Source of the DNA: Apus apus
Lineage: Eukaryota
Reading direction: 5' to 3'
Assembly: GCF_020740795.1 (NCBI RefSeq)
Contig: NC_067310.1
Location: 429,940-493,939 of the forward strand
DNA: 64,000 bases
This document shows, piece by piece, positions 1-11,699 of the stretch. Every line of letters starts with the position of its first letter. Within the stretch, counting starts at the first letter, position 1. The position numbers and the translations under genes were made by a program. The notes below the pieces were generated by a model. That model made no database searches. It was given only the letters and a program-made list of their open reading frames with translations, and had not been told where the DNA came from.

Positions 1-404
1 GCTTTTTAGCTGGTTTAATACCACATTGTTCAGCTACATCAGCTTTTAGCGTGGAAATCTGTGCTCCTGTGTCCACCACAAATGTTACAGGATAGCGTCT
101 TGGCCCAACAGCACAAGTAAGCTCCAAGTCCCCATTTTTGTTTTGAACTAATTGTAGTACATTCTGCCAATTTTTTGGAGGATTGGAAGCTGTAGGGCCA
201 GATTGTTTGTCATTTTCCTGTCGATCATTTCCATTTCCTGTATCAAGATTTTGGTTTTTCTTTCCCCCCCCCCGTCTCTTTGTCTTTCTTTTTGATTTCT
301 TTTTCTTGGCAGAAGGAGGGCTATTTAGTTTCCCAACTTCTTGGGTTTTTCCCTGGATTTCTCTCTTGAATTAGACCTTGAGCTGGGCCGTGTAGCCCAA
401 CTTT

Positions 405-980
405 CTACTGGTCTTTCAGAAGCTGGTAAGAAAGATCTCGAGACAAAAGCTTTGATGGGACACCTATACACCTGGCTTCCTCCTTAAGCTTACTGTAGGG
501 CCCTTTGTCATCACCTCGAGATGAAGCACTTTTGTTTTCAGGGTATTGGCTTTTATGGGTGCTGTTTAGCTTTCTGTTGTTTTTAGATCTATCCACGACT
601 GTCCAGTCACCCCGTGATTTCTCCCGCTGCTTAGGAGGATCCTGGGGTGGCCTGACAACCACATCAGCATAGGAGGGTCGAGTGACTTGTCTGACTGCAG
701 GAGGCTTGCAAACATCTTCAGAATCAGATATATCCTCATATTCCTTGCCGTAGTTTACCAATTCTTTGGCCAAATCAGACCATGTAAATCCTTGCAGATC
801 TCCGTTTTCTAGTTTATGTTTGATTTGCATGGCTACCTCTTTAAATGACAGAGGGAGGCCCCTGATTAAAACCTTAATTCTTTCTGGTTTCACTTGAAGA
901 CTCATAGGACTTTCTTGATCTGGTATTAAATCATGGTCATAAATCATTTGAATTACAGCAGCCTTTTGGACATTGCCCAC
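405..980 (-). CDS. Gag-like ORF (191 aa, MGNVQKAAV...) of the ERV-L-like provirus, probably degenerate
   Basis: It lies downstream of the LTR, PBS and leader on the same strand and has an N-terminal MG. No strong motif was recognised. The minus strand beyond 405 is interrupted by stops. Confidence 0.3.
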   Translation of the reverse strand: MGNVQKAAVIQMIYDHDLIPDQESPMSLQVKPERIKVLIRGLPLSFKEVAMQIKHKLENGDLQGFTWSDLAKELVNYGKEYEDISDSEDVCKPPAVRQVTRPSYADVVVRPPQDPPKQREKSRGDWTVVDRSKNNRKLNSTHKSQYPENKSASSRGDDKGPYSKLKEEARCIGVPSKLLSRDLSYQLLKDQ

Positions 981-2310
981 AAGGTTATAATAGCCCCCCC
1001 GCAGGGTCCTTGGCTCTCCTCTGCTAATGGGATCACTTGAGCCAACACAAAAAGCTGCTCACTGGGTTAGGGACCAGTGGTGTCCCCTATCTCCAGTCGT
1101 TAGAATAATTCTGGATCCCCAGAAGCCTCTAGCTTCTTGTTCACTTAACATGATCTTGTCTCCTCCTGTGAGGGACACTCTCATTACATATTCAATTTCC
1201 GTCTCAGATGGGACCCTGCTGTATTGCTTTTAATTTTTGTCAATTCTAGTGGTGTGTGAGATACTTCCTTAACTACCACATCTTTCCTCCCACCAGTATC
1301 TTCATCACGAGAAAAAGAAGTTCTCACAACCAGGCACAGTTGTTTATGCTCTATTCTCTCCTCCTCATCATCCTCAGAACTGGTATTGTGAGAAAATAAA
1401 TTAGTTGGGACTTTGTCCATATTTGTGGAAAGTTGGTGGACATCTATCTCCAATTTGCTAATCCTTTGAGTGTCACGTGTCATAAAGTTACTAACTGCCT
1501 CATGTAATATCCTAATATCTGCCCTTATACCCTCCTCCTGCTCCTTGGAGGAGGCATGGGGGCTTGCTGCTCTTGTGGCTGTGGCTTTGATTCCAAAATT
1601 GGGTGCTGCTTTTCTCTCCCGGAATGAAAACTCACTCATTTTCTATCTGATTGCTCAGAGTTTACGGGCTTGCATTTCTTTAGTATATTAAAGTCATCCG
1701 GGTCCTCAGTATCCTGACTACCAGAACCTGAGGAATCCTCACAATTAGCAAGTTCCCCACATTTATCACCTGACCAAGACAGGGTGGCACTGGTTTTCCT
1801 CTCCTTTCCCTGCTTTCTTAACCCTTCAATCTCTTGCTGTAACCCTTCATTTACTCACTGCAACCCTTCAGTCCTTTGCTGTAACTCTGCAACCTTTTCT
1901 TGTCATCCCTCCTTTGCTTGCCACACAACCATGGCCAGGACAAAGAAATTTCGGACATTGATGAAATCAAGCCCGTGTTTTTTAATCTCCTTTTTAAGCT
2001 CTTTAGACAGAGGAGTACCATCTTCCAAAGTCATGATGTAATTTGCGAGTCTACTGAGGTCTCCCCCCCATGTAGGCATCATGAATAATTTTGTACTGCC
2101 CCCTCCGTATAGTGTACCCACGCCTCTTAAGGTGCTCCCAAAAGGGACACACAAATGCACATTTTTGCAATTCCTCCTCAAAATTATGGGGGAGGTGAAA
2201 ATGGCGCCTCCTGAACTTCAGTGCTTTCCTCACAAATTTCATTTTCTGCATTTTCTGCATCAGCACTTACAGCATCTGCATCACCTATATCCCCCTTGGT
2301 AGCCATTTTC

Positions 2311-2314
2311 TCTA

Positions 2315-2365
<51 letters not shown>

Positions 2366-2366
2366 T
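2311..2366. repeat. (ATT)n microsatellite
   Basis: About 18 perfect ATT repeats. Confidence 0.95.
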
Positions 2367-2416
2367 TCACAAATTAAGCAATTTCAGAGCGTGGGGGGCT
2401 TCTAACGACCCCCGTT

Positions 2417-2434
2417 ATCCCACTTCTGACACCA
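2417..2434 (-). promoter_or_regulatory. Primer-binding site complementary to the 3' end of tRNA-Leu (TGGTGTCAGAAGTGGGAT)
   Basis: On the minus strand it lies 2 nt after the LTR terminal CA. It is the reverse complement of ATCCCACTTCTGACACCA, the tRNA-Leu(CAA) acceptor end plus CCA as recalled from memory. A tRNA-Leu PBS is the diagnostic of ERV-L elements. Confidence 0.65.
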
Positions 2435-2436
2435 GA

Positions 2437-2881
2437 TGTTGCAAGCTGGTACCGGGGGCTCCCGGCTGTCAGGTGCTTTTGCGACTCCCCCCTCTCAATG
2501 GGGAGGGGTTTGTGAATGAGCCCGAGGGTCACATGCGGTGCTGCCTCTCACAGAGGAACGGCCACTGTGGGACTGTATTGCAGGGGGTAGTTAGAAAGCC
2601 CCCCCACCCCACTACGCTCAGAAATTGCCTCTAAAGCCAAGGTTTGCTCCACAAACTAATTGGTTTATTAAGGGTTAACACAAACTGAGGGATGATGTGT
2701 AGGGACAATGCAGGTGTGAATGGCTACCAGGGATACCAATATGTGTGTAGTGAGAAAGTGTCTTTTAGGGAGGCAATGCAAAGGTGCTTTTAAGGGAGAG
2801 GATTAAGGACCAAACGGAGAAGGGGAGGAGGGGAGGAGGCTGAAGAGGTTGCGCTGTGTGTGCAAGTATGAGGGGAAAGGA

Positions 2882-2923
<42 letters not shown>

Positions 2924-3525
2924 ATGTTCCCCTCCGGCGGCTTGTCCAGCGTCGGTCGGTGGCCGGAGGGCAGGACGGCAGGTCCGTGGTGTCGGAGGGG
3001 CAGCCTCTCGGCAGCGGGTGCAGCGGCCGCTGGTTTCCCCTCCAGGGCAGCAACACGGGGAGGGGGCTCCGGCCCCGACCCCAGGGCTCGGGACCCCGGC
3101 ACGCTCGGCGCTGAGGCTCAGGCTGGACCCGGGGCAGGCAGGCAGGCAGGGTCCCAGCACCAGTGTCCGCAGCAGGGGGGTGTCCCAGGCAGAAAGCGTC
3201 CGAACGGGCCTCAGGGAGGAGGGAAGGGCCCACCTGCTGCCCTCGCCCCTTTGATACCCCCTGACCCACCTGTCCAGTCAGTGTCACTGCCCAGAGCCAA
3301 CGAGCGTCCATGAGCCCCACGTTAGGGCGGTGACTGCCAGGGGCACAGGATGGCTTGTCGCCCATCCTTTCTGTCCCGGGCCACAGCTGTTGTTTTGGGT
3401 TCAGTTGTCCTTGAAAAGCAAGTCTGTTTTAGTTCGTTAGCTGGGGATAATCAGGAGAGGCCTTCGCTGGCTGAAAAGTCATTTTGTTTAGACTGATGTG
3501 GGGAAGAAAAGAACAGTTTCCCACA
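2437..3525 (-). repeat. 5' LTR (1089 bp) of the ERV-L-like provirus. The transcriptional sense is the minus strand (TGTGGGAAACTG...GCTTGCAACA).
   Basis: About 90% identical over its full length to copies at 41209-42310 (inverted) and 59287-60375. It carries an internal (GT)n microsatellite, AATAAA on the minus strand (near 2663-2668) and terminal TG/CA. Confidence 0.8.
2885..2918. repeat. (GT)n microsatellite inside the LTR; also present at 41812-41842 and 59744-59772 in the other LTR copies
   Basis: Direct reading of the sequence. Confidence 0.95.
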
Positions 3526-5790
3526 GTCAGTAACTAAGTTTAGCCTCCCCATAGTGGATTTGACCCCTTTGTGACAAAATGACTGAAAAAGCAAAAAACC
3601 AAGACTCTTGGTAAAAGGCAGGGACTTGTTTTTTGCATTCTTGGCCAAGTATGGGGCTCAGCCCCCTCCTCTCGGAGAAGAATGGGCTCGAGATAATTTG
3701 ATAAATTTTCAGAATGTAATAGACCAAGTCACCTCTTTACAGAGTGAGGCCAAGATTAGGTTTGTTGTACCAGGTAACAAGAGGGCAATAGGCTGTGCTG
3801 GTTTGGGTGTCAGCTTGGTCGCAGCTATTGAGGATCACCTCAAGCAACGTAGTGACCAGGAAAAAATCATGGAATTCCCTGAAAGCTTGGTACACTCTTA
3901 TCAGACGACAATTTCTAGCTTGAAAGAGGAAAACCACTCATCAGGGGTTGCCCTTGAGGTGGATCATGTAAATACCACTGACTTACTGAATGAGGTCTGG
4001 CCTGAGCGTGAGGAAAAGGGCACCCAACAAACTAACCCTGTATACCCAAAAAATGAGTTGGAAGAGGTGAGGAAACTATAGAGAAAGCCCTCAAATGAGA
4101 CCCTTAATTAAAACAGAATATGCTTAATTAAAACAGAACAGCTCCTGCTGCCAGCTCTGTAAGAGTCAGGCATCACCTGCCCTTGGGGGTTGACACTCAG
4201 CCCCATGTCTCCACCCACCCCAGGTGCCTGCAGACTATTTAGGTCCCTCTGTACAAGCCACGCTGCTGTCCAGACACCGAGGCAAAAGGCCAATGGGATC
4301 ATCATGGGGCTGGCCAGGCTGGTGCCCTGTGTGTCCATCCATCCTTCCTGGAAGAGCCAGTGCTCATCACCTCATTGTGGCCATCAGGCTGGGTGGCCAC
4401 ACCCTGCTGAAGGTCGGGGAAGAGCTGCTTCTCCCAGAGCCCGGGGGTTGAAAGCAGCAGCAGGAAAAAATGGTTTTAAAGGTATTAAGGAATTCCTATA
4501 GCTCCAAGACCATGACATCCAACTGCATCTCTTCTCAATTCCAACATTTCCAATGCCTGTAGACATCACTCAAGCTGGATCATGATCCTGGAGCATGAGG
4601 ACCCCTGGAGCAGTGTGAACCACCCCTGTGAAGGTGACTGTGGACAAGTCCCCACAGGAAATGCCCGTTCCCCTCTAGAAGGAGAGGAACGGTGGGAATC
4701 CAGACTGAGGTGAGACACCTCCTGAGATGTGGCTTACTGGACTCTCCTGAAGTCCTGCTGACCATGCTGCTCTTTCCCAGCATTGTCCTACCCCCTTCCC
4801 AGATCTGCTGATGGGCTGAAGGCTCCAAGTTGATCCTGGTGCAGAGCCCCCCCCTCCAGAAGGCCCCAGGAGCAGCTACGGTGGGTGCAGGTTGCAGGTG
4901 AGGGCAAGGGGGATGTGGAGAGGCTGATGGAGGTCTGCAGCCAGCAGCACTGAACCCAGCACCTCATTGCTGTGTCCCCTGGCCATGCAGAGGACCTAGT
5001 GCCCTTTCTGCTCTTCTTTCCTGCTGCAACCAGTGACTCTGCACACATGGGACCCCCAAGCTAATGCTCCACAACCCTCCAGGCAGGCAAGAACAACAAG
5101 ATGCTTTATGCTTGACACAGGATTGGGTGTCCACTGGGACATTCAGCTGGAAGAGGAGAATACCCCCAAAACGATCTTCACACCAGGTTGTGGCTCACCA
5201 TGCTCATCTTCTGCTGATGGGAAGCAGCTCCACACAGTTGGTCCTCACAGATGTGTTGGAGTAATTCTGTTACCTCCAAAGTCCTGGGAGCAACCTTCAG
5301 AGGGACACCAGGGTTTTGCTAAAGATGACCATGGAGGGGTTTAAAAGATGTATTGACGTGGGGCTGAGGGCCATGGTTTAGTGTTGGATTAATGGTTGGA
5401 CTTGGTGTTCAGAAGGGTCATTTCCAACCTCAATAGTTCTGTGGTTTGGTGACTCTTGGCTGCTCTTGGCTTGGCCATCATGCCTCAGTGTGGACCAGGG
5501 CTGAGTTCAAGGTAAATTAATGACATAACCGAGTTCTTCTCAGCTGTGCCAGGACAGAAACCCTGAAGGTAGCTTAGATATTGCTGGGCAAAGAGAAGGT
5601 TTGGTAGATCTCAGGCGTGCACATCGTTTCCATCTTCTTTCCTGTGGGAGAATGATAGAAAGCAAGACTTTCAGTCTGAAGTAGGTGCTGTTCCCTCTGT
5701 GGTGTTCCGAGCTGCCCATTACATCTTGTGCTCTTCCCCCACAGAGCACAAATGCGATGAGACAACCAGCCCACCCCCAGAGGCTTTGAT

Positions 5791-6790
5791 ATGACTGCAT
5801 GTTCCCACTTCCCCAAGCTCCGTGCTGCTTTTTTTGTGCTATTTCTCCTCATGTATGAGGTGGCCCTGGCTGGAAATATGGTGATCATGGTTGTTATCAG
5901 GGTGGAGCAGGGCCTGCACTTGCCCATGGTGTTCCTGGGTGCTCTGTGCTTCTTGGAGCTCTTCTATGTTTTCTCCAACACCCCAAAGATGCTGTTGGGG
6001 TTAATGCCAGGAACTCCTTCTTGGGCTTGTGCTGCCCAGGTGAATTTCTCCTTCACCTTTGGCTTCATGCACTCTTTCCTCTAATGACCATGGGCTATAA
6101 CATGGCCATCTGCCAGCCTCTGGGCTACAACAGCCTCAGGACCTTCTGTGTCTGTGTCTGGCTGGTGTTGGCTTATGGGGTGGGGGGCCTCCTGGGGCTG
6201 CTAAGGACTTGCACTGTCTTCCAGCAACCCTTCTGCCAAGGGTCTAGGACACCTCTCTGCTGGGACCTCTCTGTGTTGGGACATCTCTACACCCAGACAA
6301 CTCTCTGTGGATCAGCAGGTGACACAGTGTGTGCTGATGTCCCAGTGTAGAGATGTCAGTGAAGAGCTGATGGTGGAGAGTTGTCCCTCTCCATCTGCCA
6401 GTCCCACCAGATTGACCATTTCTTCTGCCACATGCCCCCCTGCTCCAGCTGGCTTGTGCTGGTGGTGAGATGGTTGCTGCTGTCCTTTCCATGACTGCTT
6501 CGCTGGGTTGCTTTCTGCTCATCCTCCTCTCCCACACCCTCCTCCTCCTCTCCCACACCCTCATCCTTGGCCGCATCCTGCAGCTGCCCTGGGCAGGGAG
6601 TTGACACAAGCCCTTCTCTACCTGTTCTTCCAATCTCACTGTTCTGGTCACGCACTACGTTGTCTACCTGCCAGGCAAATGGCCCCAGGCTGCAGTGGTG
6701 AGGCCTCTCCTTGATGTGTCCTCCGCAGTGTTCACCCCCTTCCTAAGCCCCATCATTTTTTGGCTGTGAAGCACAGACTTGAAAAAAATG
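5791..6790 (+). pseudogene. Olfactory receptor pseudogene (class A GPCR, OR family)
   Basis: The translation shows OR hallmarks: N-terminal TM1-2 with LHLPMVFLGALCFLE (LHxPMYFFL-like) and an MAICQPLGYNS motif (MAYDRYVAICxPLxY-like). C-terminal PIIF residues align to NPIIYSLRN. The reading frame is broken by frameshifts and stops (ORFs 5791-6084, 5946-6350, then out of frame). Confidence 0.8.
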
Positions 6791-6999
6791 TCCTTTGGAA
6801 TTTCTTGAGGAAACTTAATCATCAGGAATGTGAATTTTTTGGCCAGAGTCCAGTTGCTACTACCAACTATTGTTTGTTTTCCTTGGGTGCTTCCTCGCTG
6901 CTTTCCTGCTTTGTCAGGAAAGGAGTAATTCCTGTGGCTCTTCTGTCTTTCCCACCCCGAGGATGGCAGAGCTTGCTTGGCTGGAGTGTTCTCGTTTAA

Positions 7000-7800
7000 C
7001 TAGATATATAACCTGGTATTCTATGGACATCTGAGAGAAGTCTCTCAATCTCTGGCCCTTGTCCTTGTTGGGGACTTGCCAGATGTCAGTTGGAAGCATC
7101 ACAGAGCAGAGAGGGAACAGGCCTGGAGGTTCCTGGAGTGTATAGAGGATAATTTCCTGACCCAGCTGGTGAGGGACCCTCTAGGGAAGGTGCCCTGCTG
7201 GACCTGCTGTTTGTCAAGAGAGATGGGCTGGTGGAGGGTGTGATGGCTGGAGGCCATCTCGGGCATAGTGGCCATGAAATGAAGTTCTCTGTTCCTGGAG
7301 AAGTAAGGAGGAGGGCCAGCAGCACGGCTGCCTGGGACTTCTGGTGGGCAAACTTGAACCTGTTTTGGAGACTGGTTGACAGGGTCCCTTGGGAGGCCAG
7401 TCCTGAAGGGCAAAGGAGTCCAGGCAGGCTGGACATTCTTCAGGAAGGAAGTCTTAAAGGCACAGGAACGGGCCCCCCCGTGCCGGAAGATGAGCCAGTG
7501 GGGTAGAAGACCAGCCTGGCTGAATAAAGAGACTTGGCTGCTACTCAGGGGAAAAAGGAGAGTGTGTGGCCTTTGGAAAGAGGACAGGCTGGTCAAGATG
7601 ACTACAAGGATGTTGTGAAGCTGTGCAGGGTGAGGATTAGGAGGGACAAAATCCCAACTTGAAATCAAGCTGGCTGCAACTGTCCAAGATGACAAGAAAA
7701 GCTTCTATAAATATATTAACAACAAAAGGAGGACTAAGGAGAACTTCTGTCCCTTACTGGATGCAGCAGGAAACACAGTGATGAGGGGTGATGTCAACGT
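7000..7800 (+). mobile_element. CR1 LINE ORF2 fragment (region N-terminal to the RT)
   Basis: The translation (LLFVKRDGLVEGVMAGGHLGHSGHEM...RPAWLNKETWLLLRGKRRV...KKSFYKYINNKRRTKEN) matches the chicken CR1 ORF2 consensus. Confidence 0.8.
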
Positions 7801-8496
7801 TTGACTCAGGTCCGACAACAATGCTCTCGATCCCCTCCCCCCCCCCCCCCAGGTAGGGAAGGAGAGAGAGAAAAAGAGAGAGACTTGGCTGGATTGAAAA
7901 CTAAACTACACAGCTTTAATTAAAACACTAATGAATCACACAAGAAAATATATACAATTATATACAGATATATTCAGATATGGGCAAAAGCCTCTCGCCT
8001 CCCCCCACCCCCAGCAACTCCCACAGCATCTCCTGAACTGGGAAGAGTCCCGAGGAATCCCGGAGCTGCTGCTGGAGAAAGCGGAGAGTTATGAGGGTCA
8101 GGAGAGCTCGAGCCTAAGGGTCGACGGTGATGGATGAGCAGAGTCCTCCCTGGACGCCGGCCATGGATGGAAGAGAAGGGAAGAAGAAGAAGAAGGAAGC
8201 TGTCTTCTATGATCTCTGACCTTCCTTTGAGCTTACGTAGATATATGGAATGGAATATCTTTGGCCAATTTTGCTGTCTGTCTAACTCAGCCTCCCACGG
8301 GGGGGGTCAGAGATCTCCCCATAGTGTCTGAGCCGGCGGAGTGAAGGTGTAACCTTGAAGCCTCAGTAGTTAGAAAAACATTCCACTGTCTTATCAGCCT
8401 AGCAGAACACACAGTTGCTAGTTAAAAGAAAGCTTACTGAAGGAAAAAAAAATCAGTGAAAAGAAAAATTGGCTTAATCCTGGCTCAAACCAGGAC

Positions 8497-9012
8497 AGGT
8501 GAGGAGAAGGCTGAGGTATCAACGGCACCTTTGCCTCAGTCTTTAGCGGTAGGACCAGTTCCTTGCTGGGTGCACAGGCCCCTGAACTGGCAGACAGGGA
8601 CACAGAGCAGTTTGAAAACCTCATCATCCAAGAGGGGACAGGCAGTGACCTGCTGCACCACTTGGATGTCCACAGGTCCGTGGGGCCGGATGGGATCCAG
8701 CCGAGGGGTCTGAGGGAGCTGGCAGAAGTGCTCCCCAAGCTCCTTTCCATCACTTTCCAGCAGTTCTGGCTGACTAGGGAGGTGCCAGTAGACTGGAGAC
8801 TGGTCAATGTGACCCCAGCTACAAGAAGAGCCATAAGGAGGATCCAGGGACTTGCAGGCCTATCGGCCTGACCTCTGTGCTGGGGAAGTTCTGGAGCAGA
8901 TCATGCTGAGGGCCATCACATGGTCCCCTCTCCTTTCAGCCCTCTGCTGACCAAGGTGCGTGTTTATTTCCATAATGCATGGCCACCCCCCCATATCCCC
9001 ATGCTCTCCCAT
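8497..9012 (+). repeat. Left arm of a near-identical inverted repeat pair; the sequence is CR1 RT-derived (MGPDGIQPRGLRELAEVL...VDWRLVNVTP)
   Basis: It is about 99% identical to the reverse complement of 16384-16908. The six-frame ORFs in the two arms are identical apart from single residues. Confidence 0.8.
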
Positions 9013-9663
9013 CAACATGCCCCCGCCCATGGACCTTCAAAGGTCTCCTCCAGCCCACGTAATTCTGTGAGTCCATAACTGGACGTGTTCCAGGTCAGGC
9101 TGCTCCAGCAGCTTGGAGCAACCTCATCTGGTTGAAGCTGTCCTTGCCCCTGGGCAGGAGGGGCTCCATCCCGAGGATGGACGGAGCTGGTGGCAGCTCC
9201 ATCACCCAGGGCAGCAGGTCAGTGGTTGCCATGACACCATAAGCAGCCAATCAGCAGTTTCCATGTCACCATGATGTCACCATGGGCTGCCCAGGGGTAT
9301 CCAAGGGGCCACGGGGTGGTGTGTCCTACACTCTGGAGAAGCGTCCAGAGGATGAACACGAGGATGAGCTCCCCTGTGGCTGTCGCCCCTAAGAAGCAAC
9401 TTGCCAGCATGAGGTGGACTGAGGTGGAGTTCTGGGATGGGATGGAGCCCACTTTCATGATGCCCAGCATCACAGCTGAAGGTACAGCCCTCCAGCCGCT
9501 GCAGGAACGTTGTGGCGAACAAGGGTGGCACTGCAGCCATCTCAGGGGTGTCACTGTCTGGGCATGACACTGGGCATCTGCCACGGCAGCATGGCTCGGG
9601 AGATAGTGGAGGGCTGAGAGCTGGTGGACATGGAGGATGACCTGGTTCTCCTTTGCTTTCCAG

Positions 9664-9725
9664 AGCGAACAGCCATCTGGGACACGGTGGCTGGCTCCAT
9701 TCAAGATCAGCTCCTGCTGCACAAG
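9664..9725 (+). CDS. CCDC81: CCDC81-like exon (..RTAIWDTVAGSIQDQLLLHK)
   Basis: AG acceptor and GTAGGT donor. The peptide matches the conserved N-terminal HU-domain region of CCDC81 (..IWDxVSxxIQEQLLLxKGVRIP..) recalled from memory. Confidence 0.55.
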
Positions 9726-10115
9726 GTAGGTCAACACCTACATCCTCCTCATCCACCCAGAGGGGTGGGAAGTCCGCGTGGCCCCAGAGCATGCCCCGCA
9801 GTTCCTTTTCACGTCCTCCAAAAAGCAAGAAACTCACCCCAAAGGTCCCCACCCATGAACAAACAAGCCATGTGGTGTCACCTCTGGCAGGTGGTGTTGT
9901 GACAAAGGCTGGTCCTGTTTTCTGGGGACCTCCCAAATGCTTTTTTGGAGGAGAAAGGACTCGGCATGACCAAAGCACTCCCCACTGCCCCAGCTCATGC
10001 CTCTGAAGAGCAGGAGTGGGCAGGATCCAACCTGAAGCACCATCCCTGGTCAGGCCCACCTCTAGATTTTCCCTCTGCACAATCTTCACCCTTTGGCTGT
10101 TCCGCTCTGCTCCAG

Positions 10116-10269
10116 GGGCTCCGAATTCCCAGCCTTGGCTCCTTTGACGCTGTCCCCAAACAGATCCAAGTTGGGGGTGAGGTTGTGACCATCCAGAGGC
10201 CTGTGTTTCACCTGGCCAGGAACCTCGTGGTTGTCCACAACCTACGGGACAACAAGTCCTACCTGCCTG
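10116..10269 (+). CDS. CCDC81: CCDC81-like exon (GLRIPSLGSFDAVPKQIQVGGEVVTIQRPVFHLARNLVVVHNLRDNKSYLPG)
   Basis: In frame with the previous exon. Flanked by a CAG acceptor and GTAAGA donor. Matches the CCDC81 motif RIPxxGSFD...TIQxPVFxLxRN. Confidence 0.65.
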
Positions 10270-10399
10270 GTAAGATGGTGAATGAAATCTCGGATGATTG
10301 CATGGTCATTGCGTCCCATCCCTGGGTCTGAAACACCAGCAGAAGCTCCACAAGGTGAGCATCTCCATCCCTCTTGTGTGTTTTTGCAGGCAACAAGGA

Positions 10400-10645
10400 G
10401 CTGGAACCCCTCAAATACTCCAAGGTGGCTACAGCCATCTCTGTGTCCCGACGGAAAGTGGAGGGCTGCATCCAAGGCACCGTGTCCCTCCTCTCTCACT
10501 GTCTGGGGAAGGGGAAGAACGTCTCCCTCATCCTGAAGGATGTTGGGGTGCTCCTCATAGAGGGCAGCAAGGTGCAAATGAAGTTCTACTATGACTTCCT
10601 GGACAGGATGTCTGGGAAGGAGAACTTGGAGAAAGCTGTTTCCCA
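10400..10645 (+). CDS. CCDC81: CCDC81-like exon (GNKELEPLKYSKVATAISVSRRKVEGCIQ...KDVGVLLIEGSKVQMKFYYDFLDRM...)
   Basis: Phase-consistent with the previous exon. GCAG acceptor and GTGAGC donor. Strong similarity to the CCDC81 motif NKELEPLKY...NDVGVLLIKGTKVQMKFYCDFL. Confidence 0.65.
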
Positions 10646-10841
10646 GGTGAGCGTGTGGGTTTCTCCGTGGGGTGGGCAGTCCCACGGCAGTGTCCCAGCA
10701 CTGCTGGCATGTGACCCACCAGGACACGGCCACTTGGGCCAGGCGAGATCTATGGTGCTACCAACAGCTCTCACTCCTTTGACATTGAGGGCCTCATCCC
10801 TGCTGAGGACGTCCTGCCATCTTTGTGCTCCTCCACTGCAG

Positions 10842-10927
10842 GTCCCCCAGCTGCTGAACATGACTGTGTCCCCGGTGGTGCCCGTGGCCTCACTGACTTT
10901 CTCTGGCCATGTCATCATCTTTCCCGA
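10842..10927 (+). CDS. CCDC81: Probable further exon of the CCDC81-like gene (VPQLLNMTVSPVVPVASLTFSGHVIIFPE)
   Basis: CAG acceptor and GTGAGT donor, in frame. Confidence 0.4.
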
Positions 10928-11314
10928 GTGAGTATGTTGGTGGCTGGAGCCACTCTTTGTCATAGATGTCCAAGGTAGCGTTTGCTCCTCATGATGACAT
11001 GTGTCCTCCCATGGGGACACAAGGCAGCGACTCTTGTAGCTGTCCTGGGGTTGTAGTTGCTCCTGTGAGGCTGATGTGATGGGAAAGACAGAGGAATTTA
11101 GGTGACACTTTCTTCTCCTGGTGTCCTGGAATCCTTTGTTGGGTGACTGCACTTCCTGGGATGGTCCTCAAGGTTGGGGCATGGTGGACTTGGGGAAAAC
11201 CTGGTGGCCTTTTGGAGAACAATGCCAAAGCCTGCCTGTGAGAAGGAGATCCCAGTGAGCAGCAAGGGCTGGTGGTGCTCTGGGTCACGTTGGTGTCTTC
11301 CCCTTCTTTTCCAG

Positions 11315-11430
11315 GTTTGAAATGGAGGTTGTGTCCAAACCACCACCCAGGCCTCTTCTCAAGACCTTGAAACAAGACCCTGGTGAGGTCGAGGAGATGA
11401 GGAGAGAGAGTTTTCCATCTCCTGGACAAG
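11315..11430 (+). CDS. CCDC81: Probable further exon of the CCDC81-like gene (EFEMEVVSKPPPRPLLKTLKQDPGEVEEMRRESFPSPGQ)
   Basis: CCAG acceptor and GTAGG donor. The phase is consistent with the 10842-10927 exon. Confidence 0.4.
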
Positions 11431-11699
11431 GTAGGAAAGGTCAAAGCAGCTCCCGGCTCCTTTTGGTGACACAGGCAACCAAATTTTCCAGGGAAGTCGC
11501 CAGCCTTGTGTGTCACAACTTCTCTCCTTTCTGGTTCCAGTGGGTTTTCCTGGTTTTCCCTTTGCTCCTGGTCCAAGTCCAACTCACGAAGACTTTGGGA
11601 AAGTAACAGAGCCAAAGAAGAGGAGAATGTCTCAGGTCAGGTGAGGCTGGAGGCTTTGGGCAGTGCCTGGACGGGGTCCCTTGGCTCAGAGGTGGGTGA

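Larger units (their letters stand above)
1..3525 (-). mobile_element. ERV-L-like (class III) endogenous retrovirus, 5' portion: 5' LTR, tRNA-Leu PBS, long leader and degenerate gag-like region. The internal region continues beyond the left window edge
   Basis: A 1089-bp LTR with TG..CA termini is followed on the minus strand by an 18-nt PBS, then stop-riddled ORFs including an MGN.. gag-like ORF. No env is detectable. The LTR family recurs at 41.2 kb and 59.3 kb. Confidence 0.6.

Noticed and set aside
1184-2266. Minus-strand ORFs 1184-1639, 1903-2181 and 2051-2266 between the PBS and the gag-like ORF, considered as possible additional ERV genes or env
   Set aside because: They lie in the leader position, where env cannot be, and are short, mutually overlapping and of low complexity. 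They are most likely remnants of a degraded leader/gag N-terminus, and no retroviral motif was recognised.
2790-3365. ORFs of 170-200 aa inside all three LTR copies (2790-3365, 41369-41884, 59640-60236), beginning MGDKPSCAPGSHRPNVGLMDARW.. and running through the (CA)n tract as HTHTHTH
   Set aside because: The apparent conservation is only nucleotide identity of the LTR copies. The copies switch frame relative to one another partway through: copy C continues in the frame that is ORF 2803-3102 in copy A. The reading frame is therefore not preserved. The LTR is GC-rich, so long chance ORFs are expected.
9277-10089. 270-aa minus-strand ORF antisense to the CCDC81-like exons, and a 172-aa ORF at 9219-9737
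   Set aside because: No recognisable motifs. They overlap introns and exons of the plus-strand gene. The composition is Pro/Gly/Ser-rich, so they are likely spurious.
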